Shown here: piece after piece, positions 9,503 through 18,805 of the stretch | How positions within the stretch are numbered: position 1 is the stretch's first letter | How the letters are laid out: the number at the start of each line of letters is the position of its first letter | From: Bacillota bacterium | Lineage (GTDB): Bacteria; Bacillota; UBA5301 | Reading direction: 5' to 3' | Length of the DNA: 64,000 nucleotides | NCBI GenBank assembly: GCA_012735535.1 | Contig: JAAYHC010000012.1 | Span: 12,059-76,058, forward strand | Position numbers and translations under genes: made by a program | Notes under the pieces: generated by a model | Seen by the model: only the letters and a program-made list of their open reading frames with translations | The model's database searches: none | Told to the model about the DNA's origin: nothing

Positions 9503-10093
9503 CTACCGGCGGCCGGTACCGGCCAGCCATTTGGTGAGTTCCCATCCCAGTAAAGCCATGGCCGCCATTAAAGTAGCGTAAGATGCCTTCATCAGTGCAG
9601 TTCCGCTGCCAATGGGATTTAGCGGATGAATGACCCGGCCGGTGAAGTTGAGCGCCGACCAGATCAACACCGCCCCGCAGATCAGAGCGATTGCGGCACT
9701 GCGTTTGGTGGACAGGTTGGCCGAGACCAGCCAGCCTCCGATACCGAGCAGCAAGATTGCCGGGGCGAGTAGATTGCGCGGCTCGGCCGTGGTCCAGCCT
9801 CCCCAGAGGACAATTCCCAGCACGGTGCCAATCGCCCAGCCGCCGGACCAGAGAATAGTCCCGGCTTTCCACAGTCCGGTGCTATATTGGTAAAGCACTT
9901 GGCGGGCAGAAACCAAATAGCCGACGGCTAAAATCGCGGCCGTATAAAAAGCGATGAGCCCTACAGCGTCAAATGAGGCATGTAGATAGACCCATTTGAT
10001 CCACGCCCCTAAAGTTTTCTCGGCCGGCATCACAATTAAGACCGCTATGATGATCAGCATGAGAGCTGCCAGATACCATTGTTTTCGTTTCAT
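9503..10093 (-). CDS. Polytopic membrane protein (hypothetical)
   Basis: 196 aa with 5-6 hydrophobic helices. Trp/Gly-rich. Confidence 0.4.
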   Translation of the reverse strand: MKRKQWYLAALMLIIIAVLIVMPAEKTLGAWIKWVYLHASFDAVGLIAFYTAAILAVGYLVSARQVLYQYSTGLWKAGTILWSGGWAIGTVLGIVLWGGWTTAEPRNLLAPAILLLGIGGWLVSANLSTKRSAAIALICGAVLIWSALNFTGRVIHPLNPIGSGTALMKASYATLMAAMALLGWELTKWLAGTGRR

Positions 10094-10213
10094 GTTCGCG
10101 TCACTCGCTTTCCGATTCCTTATTTTGTTAAGTCATATTCATCTTTCGTGGAGAGCTGAAAAAACTCCTTTGGTGATACTAGGGACAGACCAGCTTATTC
10201 AGGAGGGTTAATC

Positions 10214-10690
10214 ATGAGTGATGCGTCAAAACGCGAGGTCATCAAGGCGCTCAATGCCTTTCTTAAAGGGGAACACATGGCGATACGGTCCTATGATGAA
10301 TTTGTGCATAACGTCCAAGACCATAGCATAAAAAAGGAATTAGCACGGATTCAGCAGGAGCATAAACAGCATGCAGCAGATATCGCCCGGCGCATTCAAG
10401 AGCTGGGCGGTAAGCCGCAGGAATCGACCGGCTTGGCCGGAATAATGGCCTGGGCCATGATGGAAGTTGCCGAGATTACCGGTCAAACAGATTTGGATAT
10501 TGTTAAGAGGGCTCTAGAAGGAGAGGATCTGGGGATCAAGAGTGCCGCAAAGGTGGTAGAGGGCGATTTAGATCCGGTTTCTGAAAAACTAGTTAGGCAG
10601 ATACTTAGCGCTGATCAAGCTCACCTGGGTGCGTTGCGAGAGTTAATTAATACCTACGAAAATAGCATTTGCTGTGATGGTAGTAATTAA
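10214..10690 (+). CDS. Ferritin-like four-helix-bundle protein (DUF2383-like)
   Basis: Alpha-helical, with ferritin-like E/H spacing (EHMAIRSYDEF...EHKQHAADIARR). RBS AGGAGGG upstream. Confidence 0.45.
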   Translation: MSDASKREVIKALNAFLKGEHMAIRSYDEFVHNVQDHSIKKELARIQQEHKQHAADIARRIQELGGKPQESTGLAGIMAWAMMEVAEITGQTDLDIVKRALEGEDLGIKSAAKVVEGDLDPVSEKLVRQILSADQAHLGALRELINTYENSICCDGSN

Positions 10691-10698
10691 TTACAGGT

Positions 10699-10760
10699 GT
10701 TGACATTATTACGCACTCTCGGTAAAATTGTGCTTGACTGACCGGTCGGTCAGTCGAAAG
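10699..10760 (+). promoter_or_regulatory. Sigma-A-type promoter plus palindromic TetR operator
   Basis: Promoter is TTGACA - 17 nt - TAAAAT. It is followed by a perfect 8-bp inverted repeat, GACTGACC-GGTC-GGTCAGTC, immediately upstream of the TetR gene. Confidence 0.45.
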
Positions 10761-10773
10761 GGGGAGGAGAGAT

Positions 10774-11385
10774 GTGACCGCGCAAAGAGACCTTTGCCAT
10801 AATCCGCCGGAGGAGACCAAGCTTAAGATTTTAGAGGCTGCGGCCAAGACCTTCGGGGAGTACGGTTATCATCAGGCCACGATGACTAAGATCGCCGAAG
10901 AGGCCGGCGTGGCCAAGGGTACGGTCTACTGGTATTTCACCAGCAAAGAAGATCTCTTTCTTGGTTTGCTCGATAATAGCTTGGCAAAATTGTACGCAAA
11001 CTTGGAGCTGGTTGTTACGTCTCCGACTGAGCCGATTGAGAAATTACGCCGCTTTATCCTGGCGTATTTAGATTTTTTTAGCCGACAAAGCCATTTGGGC
11101 CAGATCCTGAGCAGAGGCGGGATTGAGGGGCTTAGCCCGGAGTTTTACCACAAGATGATCGAGTGGCACGATAAATTCGATCGGCTTAACGTCGAGCTGA
11201 TCAGCCAAGGTGTCAAAGCCGGAGCCTTTCGGAATGATCTGGACAACAAACACATGGCCAAAGTCCTTTCCGGTGTGGTCTCAGCCATCGGCAGCACCCA
11301 AATCCTGAATTTAGCCGAGATTGACATCGAGGCCGAGACAGACCTGATTCTAACCGTATTTCTCGATGGTATCAGTTCAAAATAA
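10774..11385 (+). CDS. TetR/AcrR family transcriptional regulator
   Basis: N-terminal HTH LKILEAAAKTFGEYGYHQATMTKIAEEAGVAKGTVYWYFTSKEDLF. Confidence 0.8.
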   Translation: MTAQRDLCHNPPEETKLKILEAAAKTFGEYGYHQATMTKIAEEAGVAKGTVYWYFTSKEDLFLGLLDNSLAKLYANLELVVTSPTEPIEKLRRFILAYLDFFSRQSHLGQILSRGGIEGLSPEFYHKMIEWHDKFDRLNVELISQGVKAGAFRNDLDNKHMAKVLSGVVSAIGSTQILNLAEIDIEAETDLILTVFLDGISSK

Positions 11386-11410
11386 TCGCAGTTTTAAGGG
11401 GAGTGAAATA

Positions 11411-12742
11411 ATGCCTATTTATCACAGGATAACCAGGTCTGTGGCTGTTGCCATGGTAGTGATCATAGCTGCAGCACTTCCGGTATTCGCTGAAGGCAGC
11501 GGACGGATTGAACTAGATTTAGCCGGTGCGATTAAGCTCGCGGTGCAAAATGAACTCAACCTCGGCACCGTGCGAGCCGGGGTGGCGGAGGCGCTCGCCC
11601 GGATCGAAAAAGCGGAGGCCGCCAAGCGCCCAAGCGCCTCGGTGAGCAGTAGTTATACGCGGCTGGAAGAGCCAACGATAATTTCGATGTCCAAGCCGCC
11701 AACCCAAGATATTTATACCACTACTTTCTCCGTTCAGTGGCCGCTGTATACCGGGGGCAAGGCTGCCTCAGGCCTCAATCTGGCCCGTCTCGGAGCAGAC
11801 TCTGCCCAGCTCGAGTATGACCAGGCCGTTGACGACCTGATCTACCGGGCGGTGCAAGGGTATATCACTCTGCTCAAGGCGCGTAGTTTTGTCCAACTCG
11901 GCGAAGAGTTCGTTCGGACTACTGCCGAACATCTCAAGTTTGTCGAGACCAATTATGAGCTCGGTTATGTCACCAAATCAGATCTTTTGGAAACCCGGGT
12001 GCGGCTCCGCCAGGCTGAGCAAAGCCTTCTGCAAGCGCAGCATGGGGCGAAATTGGCCGAGGAGAGCCTGAAAAATCTTTTGGGTTTAGAGACCGAAGCC
12101 GAGCTGGTATTGGCCGGGCTATCTGCTAACGGAGTACACGTACCGGTTCCATCACTTGCCGAGGCGATCCAAATAGCGTTGGAGAATCGTCCGGAACTCG
12201 CGCAGCTCGAGATCGCTCGAGCTGTGGCGCGGGAAAATCTCCAGCTGGCCGAGGCCTACCGGAAGCCAATGGTGGTTGCAATTGGCCAGTATGATAGCCA
12301 AGGAGATAAGTTTAGTCTTGACGGATCTTGGCGGTTAACCCTGAGCGCCCAATGGCAGCTTTACGATGGGGGAGCGGGAGCAGCCGGGGTGGCTGAAGCC
12401 CAAGCCGGTTTAAGCAAGATCGAGAGTTCTCTTGCTCAGGCCGAAAACGGTATCAAGCTTGAGGTGCGCCAGAAACACTTGGCCGTTTCCGAAGCGGCCC
12501 AGGCCAGAGAATTAGCAGCTCTGACCGTTATGCAGGCGAAGGAGAGCTACGATTTCACCACGGCCAAGTTTGAGCTGGGAGCTGCCACAAACCTTGAGGT
12601 TTTGACCGCGCAAAGTACTTTAAATCAAGCGCAAAACAGTCTGATCAATGCGGAATACGATTATCACCTGGCTGTGCTTGATCTTTACAAAGCGATGAGT
12701 CAGATTGAAAACTACATTGCGGGGGTAGATGTAAATGCGTAA
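11411..12742 (+). CDS. TolC-like outer-membrane efflux protein (OEP family)
   Basis: Signal peptide. Two OEP repeats with long coiled coils. RBS AAGGGGAG 8 nt before the ATG. Confidence 0.7.
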   Translation: MPIYHRITRSVAVAMVVIIAAALPVFAEGSGRIELDLAGAIKLAVQNELNLGTVRAGVAEALARIEKAEAAKRPSASVSSSYTRLEEPTIISMSKPPTQDIYTTTFSVQWPLYTGGKAASGLNLARLGADSAQLEYDQAVDDLIYRAVQGYITLLKARSFVQLGEEFVRTTAEHLKFVETNYELGYVTKSDLLETRVRLRQAEQSLLQAQHGAKLAEESLKNLLGLETEAELVLAGLSANGVHVPVPSLAEAIQIALENRPELAQLEIARAVARENLQLAEAYRKPMVVAIGQYDSQGDKFSLDGSWRLTLSAQWQLYDGGAGAAGVAEAQAGLSKIESSLAQAENGIKLEVRQKHLAVSEAAQARELAALTVMQAKESYDFTTAKFELGAATNLEVLTAQSTLNQAQNSLINAEYDYHLAVLDLYKAMSQIENYIAGVDVNA

Positions 12743-14318
12743 AGGGCTGATCATAGTAGTTGTTATAGCTTTGGTAGCCACGGTTGGCTTCTGGATTGTC
12801 GGCAAGAGTCAGCCCGAAGGTGCGTCTGTTGCGACTGTGGCAACCGGACAGACGTTACCCGGAATTCCGGAGAGAAGCATTCCGGTAGAGGTGGTACGCG
12901 TCAGCCGGGGTGATATCATCCAGGAGACTACGTTTAATGTGACTTATGCACCTAATAGTGCGGTTCCAATTATCGCCAAGGTTGCCGGCACTGTTGACCG
13001 AGTTTTGGTTAAAGTCGGCGATACGGTCAAAAAAGGCCAAACCCTGTTCATTATCGATGACCGCCAGTACACCTTACAGGTTAAACAGGCGGAGGCTGCT
13101 TATGAGGCTGCGAAAGCCAATTTGGCCCTCGCCGAAAAGGGTGCTTCCGAAGAGGAAGTGGAGCAGGCCGAAGCAGCGGTGCTTCAGGCCGAAGCCGGTT
13201 TGATCGGCGCCAGAAAGGGTCTGGAGAATGCCGAAAAGATGTTGGCCGACCGGACCCAGTTTAAGCAGGCCGTGCAAAGTGCAGAAAGTCAGGTTGAACT
13301 GGCTAAATCCCAGCTTGAGGCGGCTAGGGCCGGAGTTGCCCAGGCCAAGAGCGCCTATGAGAACGCGGCTGCTGAGTACAACCGGATGCAGGAGCTTTAT
13401 AACAAACAAATGATCTCCCGCCAGCAGCTAGATGGGATCAGGTTGCAATACGAATCGGCCAAAGCCGGGTATGAAGCGGCTGTTGAACGGCTCAACCAAG
13501 CCGAAATCGGACTGAAGGCGGCAACTGATGCCCTCGACTTGGCGAAGGAATCTTATGATGATCCCCGGGCGATGATTGCCCAGGTTGACTCGGCGAGAAC
13601 CCAGGTTGAGGTGGCCGAGGCCGCCTACCAAGCTGCCTTGGCTCGCTTGGCGATGGTCAAAAAAGGTGCCTCGGAGGAACAGTTAGCCGCGATTAGAGCC
13701 CAGGTTAAACAGGCCGAAGCCGCACTTGAACTCGCTCGTATGCAGCTTGAGTACACCAGAGTAACCGCGCCGATTGCCGGCCAGATCGCCCAGCTGAATG
13801 TCGAAGCGGGGAGTATGGCCGCACCAGGTACGCCGGCCGGGGTGATCACCGACCTCTCGACAATGAAGGCGAAGGCGGTGATTCCGGAGAGTTACATCAA
13901 TAAGTTGAGTCTTGGTCAGGAAGTAGTCTTGACCGCCAACGCGATTCCGGGAGTTACTTTTGTCGGGAAGATCTCCTCAATCAGCCCGATGGCTGACCAG
14001 CAGACCAGGCAGTTTCCGATCGAAATCAGCGTGGCCAACCCGGATCGGCAGTTAAAGGCCGGAATGTTTGGCACGGTCTCCATTACCACCGGCAAAGCTT
14101 CCGATGTCCTGATCATTCCGGTTTCCACCGTGCTCTACCGGCTGGGGCAACCCTATGTGATGATCGTCAGTGATGGCCGGGCTAAGGAGCAACCGGTCGA
14201 ACTCGGACTTAGTGATAATGAGTATGTCGAAGTCGTGGCTGGCTTATCCGAAGATAGCGTGGTTATCAGCAAAGGTCAGCATCAGGTCCAAAACGGTTCA
14301 TTGGTTGAGGTGAAGTAA
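12735..14318 (+). CDS. Efflux RND periplasmic adaptor (HlyD/MFP family)
   Basis: N-terminal TM, long alanine-rich coiled-coil hairpin, and a C-terminal beta-barrel region (VTAPIAGQIAQLNV). Confidence 0.8.
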   Translation: MRKGLIIVVVIALVATVGFWIVGKSQPEGASVATVATGQTLPGIPERSIPVEVVRVSRGDIIQETTFNVTYAPNSAVPIIAKVAGTVDRVLVKVGDTVKKGQTLFIIDDRQYTLQVKQAEAAYEAAKANLALAEKGASEEEVEQAEAAVLQAEAGLIGARKGLENAEKMLADRTQFKQAVQSAESQVELAKSQLEAARAGVAQAKSAYENAAAEYNRMQELYNKQMISRQQLDGIRLQYESAKAGYEAAVERLNQAEIGLKAATDALDLAKESYDDPRAMIAQVDSARTQVEVAEAAYQAALARLAMVKKGASEEQLAAIRAQVKQAEAALELARMQLEYTRVTAPIAGQIAQLNVEAGSMAAPGTPAGVITDLSTMKAKAVIPESYINKLSLGQEVVLTANAIPGVTFVGKISSISPMADQQTRQFPIEISVANPDRQLKAGMFGTVSITTGKASDVLIIPVSTVLYRLGQPYVMIVSDGRAKEQPVELGLSDNEYVEVVAGLSEDSVVISKGQHQVQNGSLVEVK

Positions 14319-17300
14319 ATGAAACTGCCAGAATTATCCGTAAAACGCCCGGTAACCACCTTGATGGCCTTCCTACTCATTGTAGTGTTGGGGCTGGTTT
14401 CCACGGGCCGCTTAAATATGGACCTGCTGCCCAAGATGAATTTCCCGGTGGCAGCGGTGATAACCACCTATTCCGGTGCCGGTCCGCAAGAAGTCGAGAA
14501 CCTCATTACCAGACCGATCGAGGAAACTCTCGGGACGGTTGCTAACGTCACCAATCTGACCTCATCTTCGGCGGCGGAACAGTCGATCGTCATTGCCGAG
14601 TTTAACTGGGGCACGGATATGGATTTCGCGCTCCTGGATGTCCGGGAGAAGTTGGACTTGATTAAAGGATATCTGCCCGATGGCGCAGATAGCCCGATGG
14701 TCTTTAAATTTGATCCTTCGATGATGCCGGTGATGACCTTAGCGGTCAGCGGGACTGATGACCTGGTCGCCTTGAAAACACTGGTTGATGAGGAGATCAA
14801 GCCGCGCCTGGAACGGATCGAGGGCGTAGCTTCAGTCGGAGTATCCGGCGGATTAACCCGGGTGATCAAGGTCTCGGTGGACCAGGCCAAATTGAACTCT
14901 TATGGGCTTTCGTTGCAAACAATTATTCAGACCTTGCAAGCCGAAAACCTCAACTTACCCGGCGGATCAGTTCGCTCCGGAGACCTGGAATTTATGGTGC
15001 GCACCACCGGTGAGTTCTCCGATGTCAGCCAGATTGCGGACTTGAATATCCTGTCGCCGACCGGGATCATGGTCAAGCTCAAAGAGGTGGCTGAGGTCGC
15101 CGATACCGTCGAAGATGGTTCGGCTTACGTCTTGCTCAACGGGAAAACCGCGGTGAGCTTGTCGATCAGCAAAGAAACCGATGGGAACACCGTCAACGTT
15201 TCCCGGGCGGTGCGCAAAGAGATGGAGAAGATCCGGGCAGAGTTGCCGGGCGATATCAACTTCGATGTCGTCATGGATCAGGCCCAGTATATCCAGTTTG
15301 CGCTTGATGGTTTGAAAGACAACGCCATTATGGGCGGCTTGTTGGCCGTGATTATTCTCCTGCTGTTTTTGCGCAATTTCACCAGCACCTTGATCATCAG
15401 TATCTCCATCCCGGTTTCGATCATTGCCACCTTCGTTTTGGTCTACTTTGCCGGGCTGAATTTGAACATGATGACCTTAGGCGGCTTGGCCTTAGGCGTG
15501 GGTATGCTGGTTGACAACGCGATTGTTGTTTTGGAAAACATCTACCGCTACCGGCAGCTGGGGCATTCTGCCGTTGAAGCCGCAGTAAACGGAGCTTCCG
15601 AGGTCGGACTGGCGATTACCGCTTCGACCCTTACTACCGTCATTGTCTTTTTGCCCGTGGTCTTCACTTCCGGATTGACTTCAGAGATTTTCAAAGAGCT
15701 CTCGTTAACCATCGCTTTTTCCTTGCTGGCTTCGTTACTGGTAGCCTTGACCTTGGTGCCAATGCTCTCGTCCAAGCTGTTAAAGCTAGGCCGGACTCAG
15801 GTCGTTGCTAATCCGGAAACGGTGCGGATCAAAGGGATAACCAAGTGGTATAAGGCGATCCTCGCATGGTGTTTGAATCACCGCAAAACCACAATCGCCT
15901 TCACCACGCTGGCTTTTGTCGCCAGCCTGGCTCTGATTCCACGCATCGGTGCTGAGTTCTTGCCGGCGATGGATTCCGGGGAGTTCACGATTGATATTGT
16001 TACCGCTAAAGGTACTGTCCTCGAAGAAACCGAGAAGATTGTGGCCAAAGTCGATGAAATACTGGCCGGAATTCCCGAGATTGAAGCGGTCACCACTACG
16101 GTAGGTACCAGTATCGGCATGGATTATTCCACCAGCTTCACCACGCAGGGGGATCGTGCCGGCTACTATGTCCGCTTGGTCAATAGCGCTGAACGCAAAC
16201 GCAGCACCAACGAGATCATCGAGGAAATTCGGCAGAAAACAGCCGGGTTGGTAGGTGCGGATATTACCGTCCAGTCCTTGTCGATGATGAGTTTGGGCGG
16301 ATCGGTGAAACCGATTAATGTGAAGATCCAAGGGCCGAACCTCGATACCCTTCGTGAGATCTCCGCGGATTTGGTCGAGCTGATTAAGAATGTCGAAGGC
16401 ACTCGGGAGGTCGAATCAAGTATCGATGACGGTCGGCCGGAGCTCTTGGTCAGCCTCGATCGCAATCGGGCTTCGGCTTTGGGGTTGAACGCCTACACGG
16501 TGGCCTCCCATATTCGGACCGCGGTGCAAGGCACGACCGCTACCCGGTACCGGGTTGACGGTGAAGAAGTTAATGTCGTGGTTACGCTGGCCGACAAAGA
16601 CTCGCGAGATCTATTAGCGCTGCATAATTTGCTGATTCCCTCGCCGCTAGGTGTTACCGTACCGCTGAGTGAGGTGGCGGAACTCAAGGTAGTGGAAGGT
16701 CCCAATACCATCTCCCGAGAGAACCAGCAACGGACCGTCTACGTCAGCGCCGATATTGTCGGACGTGATTTAAAGAGCGTGACCACCGATATTCAGGCGA
16801 TCATCGACCGGTATCCCTTGGACGCGCTGTATGAGATTCAGCTTTCCGGACAATCGGAAGAGATGATCAGCGCTTTTAGCGACCTGTTCTTAGCCTTAGG
16901 GCTTGCAGTGTTGTTGGTCTATATGCTTTTGGCAGCGCAGTTCGAATCGTTGGTACATCCATTTACCATCATGACGGCCGTACCGTTGGCGTTGATCGGA
17001 GTGTTGATCGGTCTCTTTGTCAGCGGGCAAAACCTCTCGGTGGTTTCCATCATCGGTGTGATTATGCTGGCCGGTATTGTGGTGAACAACTCAATTGTTC
17101 TGGTGGACTTTACCAACATCTTGCGTCGTCGCGATGGGCTCTCCACTTATGAGGCGCTGCTAGCGACCGGGCCGATTCGTTTAAGACCGATCATGATGAC
17201 GGCTTTAACGACCATTCTCGGTTTGATTCCTTTGGCCTTTAGCGTCGGCGAAGGATCTGAGCTGCAAAAACCGCTGGCAGTTGTGGTTATCGGCGGCCTG

Positions 17301-17426
17301 ACTGTCTCGACGATTTTGACCTTGGTTGTTGTCCCGGTAATCTATTACTCCATTGATAACTGGGGACAAAAAATCCGCCGGCTGTTTTCGCGAAAACAAC
17401 CGACGGAACAAACGGTTGAAGTCTAA
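14319..17426 (+). CDS. RND efflux permease (AcrB/HAE1 family)
   Basis: 1035 aa with 12 TM helices and two large periplasmic loops. Conserved RND TM4 region GLALGVGMLVDNAIVVLENI. Confidence 0.9.
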   Translation: MKLPELSVKRPVTTLMAFLLIVVLGLVSTGRLNMDLLPKMNFPVAAVITTYSGAGPQEVENLITRPIEETLGTVANVTNLTSSSAAEQSIVIAEFNWGTDMDFALLDVREKLDLIKGYLPDGADSPMVFKFDPSMMPVMTLAVSGTDDLVALKTLVDEEIKPRLERIEGVASVGVSGGLTRVIKVSVDQAKLNSYGLSLQTIIQTLQAENLNLPGGSVRSGDLEFMVRTTGEFSDVSQIADLNILSPTGIMVKLKEVAEVADTVEDGSAYVLLNGKTAVSLSISKETDGNTVNVSRAVRKEMEKIRAELPGDINFDVVMDQAQYIQFALDGLKDNAIMGGLLAVIILLLFLRNFTSTLIISISIPVSIIATFVLVYFAGLNLNMMTLGGLALGVGMLVDNAIVVLENIYRYRQLGHSAVEAAVNGASEVGLAITASTLTTVIVFLPVVFTSGLTSEIFKELSLTIAFSLLASLLVALTLVPMLSSKLLKLGRTQVVANPETVRIKGITKWYKAILAWCLNHRKTTIAFTTLAFVASLALIPRIGAEFLPAMDSGEFTIDIVTAKGTVLEETEKIVAKVDEILAGIPEIEAVTTTVGTSIGMDYSTSFTTQGDRAGYYVRLVNSAERKRSTNEIIEEIRQKTAGLVGADITVQSLSMMSLGGSVKPINVKIQGPNLDTLREISADLVELIKNVEGTREVESSIDDGRPELLVSLDRNRASALGLNAYTVASHIRTAVQGTTATRYRVDGEEVNVVVTLADKDSRDLLALHNLLIPSPLGVTVPLSEVAELKVVEGPNTISRENQQRTVYVSADIVGRDLKSVTTDIQAIIDRYPLDALYEIQLSGQSEEMISAFSDLFLALGLAVLLVYMLLAAQFESLVHPFTIMTAVPLALIGVLIGLFVSGQNLSVVSIIGVIMLAGIVVNNSIVLVDFTNILRRRDGLSTYEALLATGPIRLRPIMMTALTTILGLIPLAFSVGEGSELQKPLAVVVIGGLTVSTILTLVVVPVIYYSIDNWGQKIRRLFSRKQPTEQTVEV

Positions 17427-17434
17427 GTAGACTA

Positions 17435-18721
17435 TTAACCTAAGGGGATCGGAAGGGTTAAATCAGCCTGGGGAAGCACTGCGACCTCAGGCTTTCTATT
17501 ATATTTCGCGGTGACCATGCTGATTGCATCCCGCAGGGTAGCGGCCGGGGTCATGCCCAATTTACGGCACTCTTCCGCGTTGAGTGAGCTGACCAAAATG
17601 ACTTGATGTTCTTGAGTCACTTGGGCATGCAAGAAGGCGATTTGTTTCGGCACGCTAAAATCGGAAGCCAGTGAGAGTTCGATCTGGCGCAAGCTGCCAA
17701 GCTGCATGGCTTCGTAAAAGGTGGTATTGCCATGGCCTTGGCTGCACTCAGCTAAGTAGATAATGGTGCCCCCCGGCTTTACCGAGCCGGTAGCCTGGCA
17801 GAGGCCTTTGACCGCATTGTAAAAGGTCTCATCCTTCGGGTAACCGCCAACCGAGGCAATGACGACATCGGTCGGGTCTTCCACCGGAATCGCATAGAGC
17901 TGATGGAGTGCCTGACAGCCCATCTCCCACGAGGTATCCCAATCTCCGGCGAAATAGGCGACGTGCTTACCAGTGTCATTACAGACGACGCTAAGGTTAA
18001 AAGTTGGTTTCAGCAGCGAGCAGATCTCCATCATATCTTGGTGTAACGGGTTAGCGGAGAGCAGACCGGGGCCGATTTCATAACCGGCGCTTGAGAGCGT
18101 AGCCAGGTTATGGTTGGCCTTGATCGTTTCCTCCCCGCTGATGCCGGGACAAATACAGGTTCGTCCGCCGCTAAAGCCGGCCAACAGATCATAGCCGATT
18201 ACATTGGTCAATATCAAATGGTCAAAACGATTAACCAGCTTGTTGACGTAAACCGGTACCCCTTGCGTGGTAGTGCCCAGATAGGCAAGATTATTGGTGG
18301 TAGAATCGTGGTCATAGATGACCACTCTGCTCTGTACATTATCGCCGACGATACACCGGTGCTGATCGGAGCGCGGTCGCATCGCCCCGTTGGCCACTAA
18401 GATAGCGATATTTTTGTCCGGCACTCCTAATTTGTTGAGATAGTCCAGGAGCGGGGGCAATAAAAGATGCGGACGATACCAGCGCTCATAATAGCTTGTC
18501 ACTATTATTAGCGCCGTCTCGCCGGGTTTAATGCGGGCAGATAATGGTCGGCTATGATCAATTGGCTCATCGAGAGCCTGGGTGACTGCGGCTGGGATGT
18601 CATCAATCGGATCCTTGCCGTTGGGCGAGATAATTGAACGGAGATCTACCGTTTGCAAGTCCAAAAACTCAAAGGCGGCACCATATTTTATCCTTACAGT
18701 GCCGGTATCAAATAGTACCAT
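17435..18721 (-). CDS. LarA-family (DUF2088) protein, divergent lactate-racemase homologue
   Basis: AGFSGGR loop and NH motif present. The NPN-tethering Lys is replaced by Thr (GGRT), and the first catalytic His is absent. Confidence 0.55.
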   Translation of the reverse strand: MVLFDTGTVRIKYGAAFEFLDLQTVDLRSIISPNGKDPIDDIPAAVTQALDEPIDHSRPLSARIKPGETALIIVTSYYERWYRPHLLLPPLLDYLNKLGVPDKNIAILVANGAMRPRSDQHRCIVGDNVQSRVVIYDHDSTTNNLAYLGTTTQGVPVYVNKLVNRFDHLILTNVIGYDLLAGFSGGRTCICPGISGEETIKANHNLATLSSAGYEIGPGLLSANPLHQDMMEICSLLKPTFNLSVVCNDTGKHVAYFAGDWDTSWEMGCQALHQLYAIPVEDPTDVVIASVGGYPKDETFYNAVKGLCQATGSVKPGGTIIYLAECSQGHGNTTFYEAMQLGSLRQIELSLASDFSVPKQIAFLHAQVTQEHQVILVSSLNAEECRKLGMTPAATLRDAISMVTAKYNRKPEVAVLPQADLTLPIPLG

Positions 18722-18805
18722 GAAGAGCCCTCTTTCTTACGTTGACGTTTTTCTGCACAATTCGGGTTTCTTAAGTCTATTAGCTGTCAACTATTGCTAA
18801 TCCTT

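Noticed and set aside
14468-17411. Several antisense ORFs of 66-181 aa inside the RND permease gene
   Set aside because: They are embedded in a strongly supported 1035-aa plus-strand CDS, have no RBS, and show the amino-acid bias typical of antisense reads from high-GC coding DNA.
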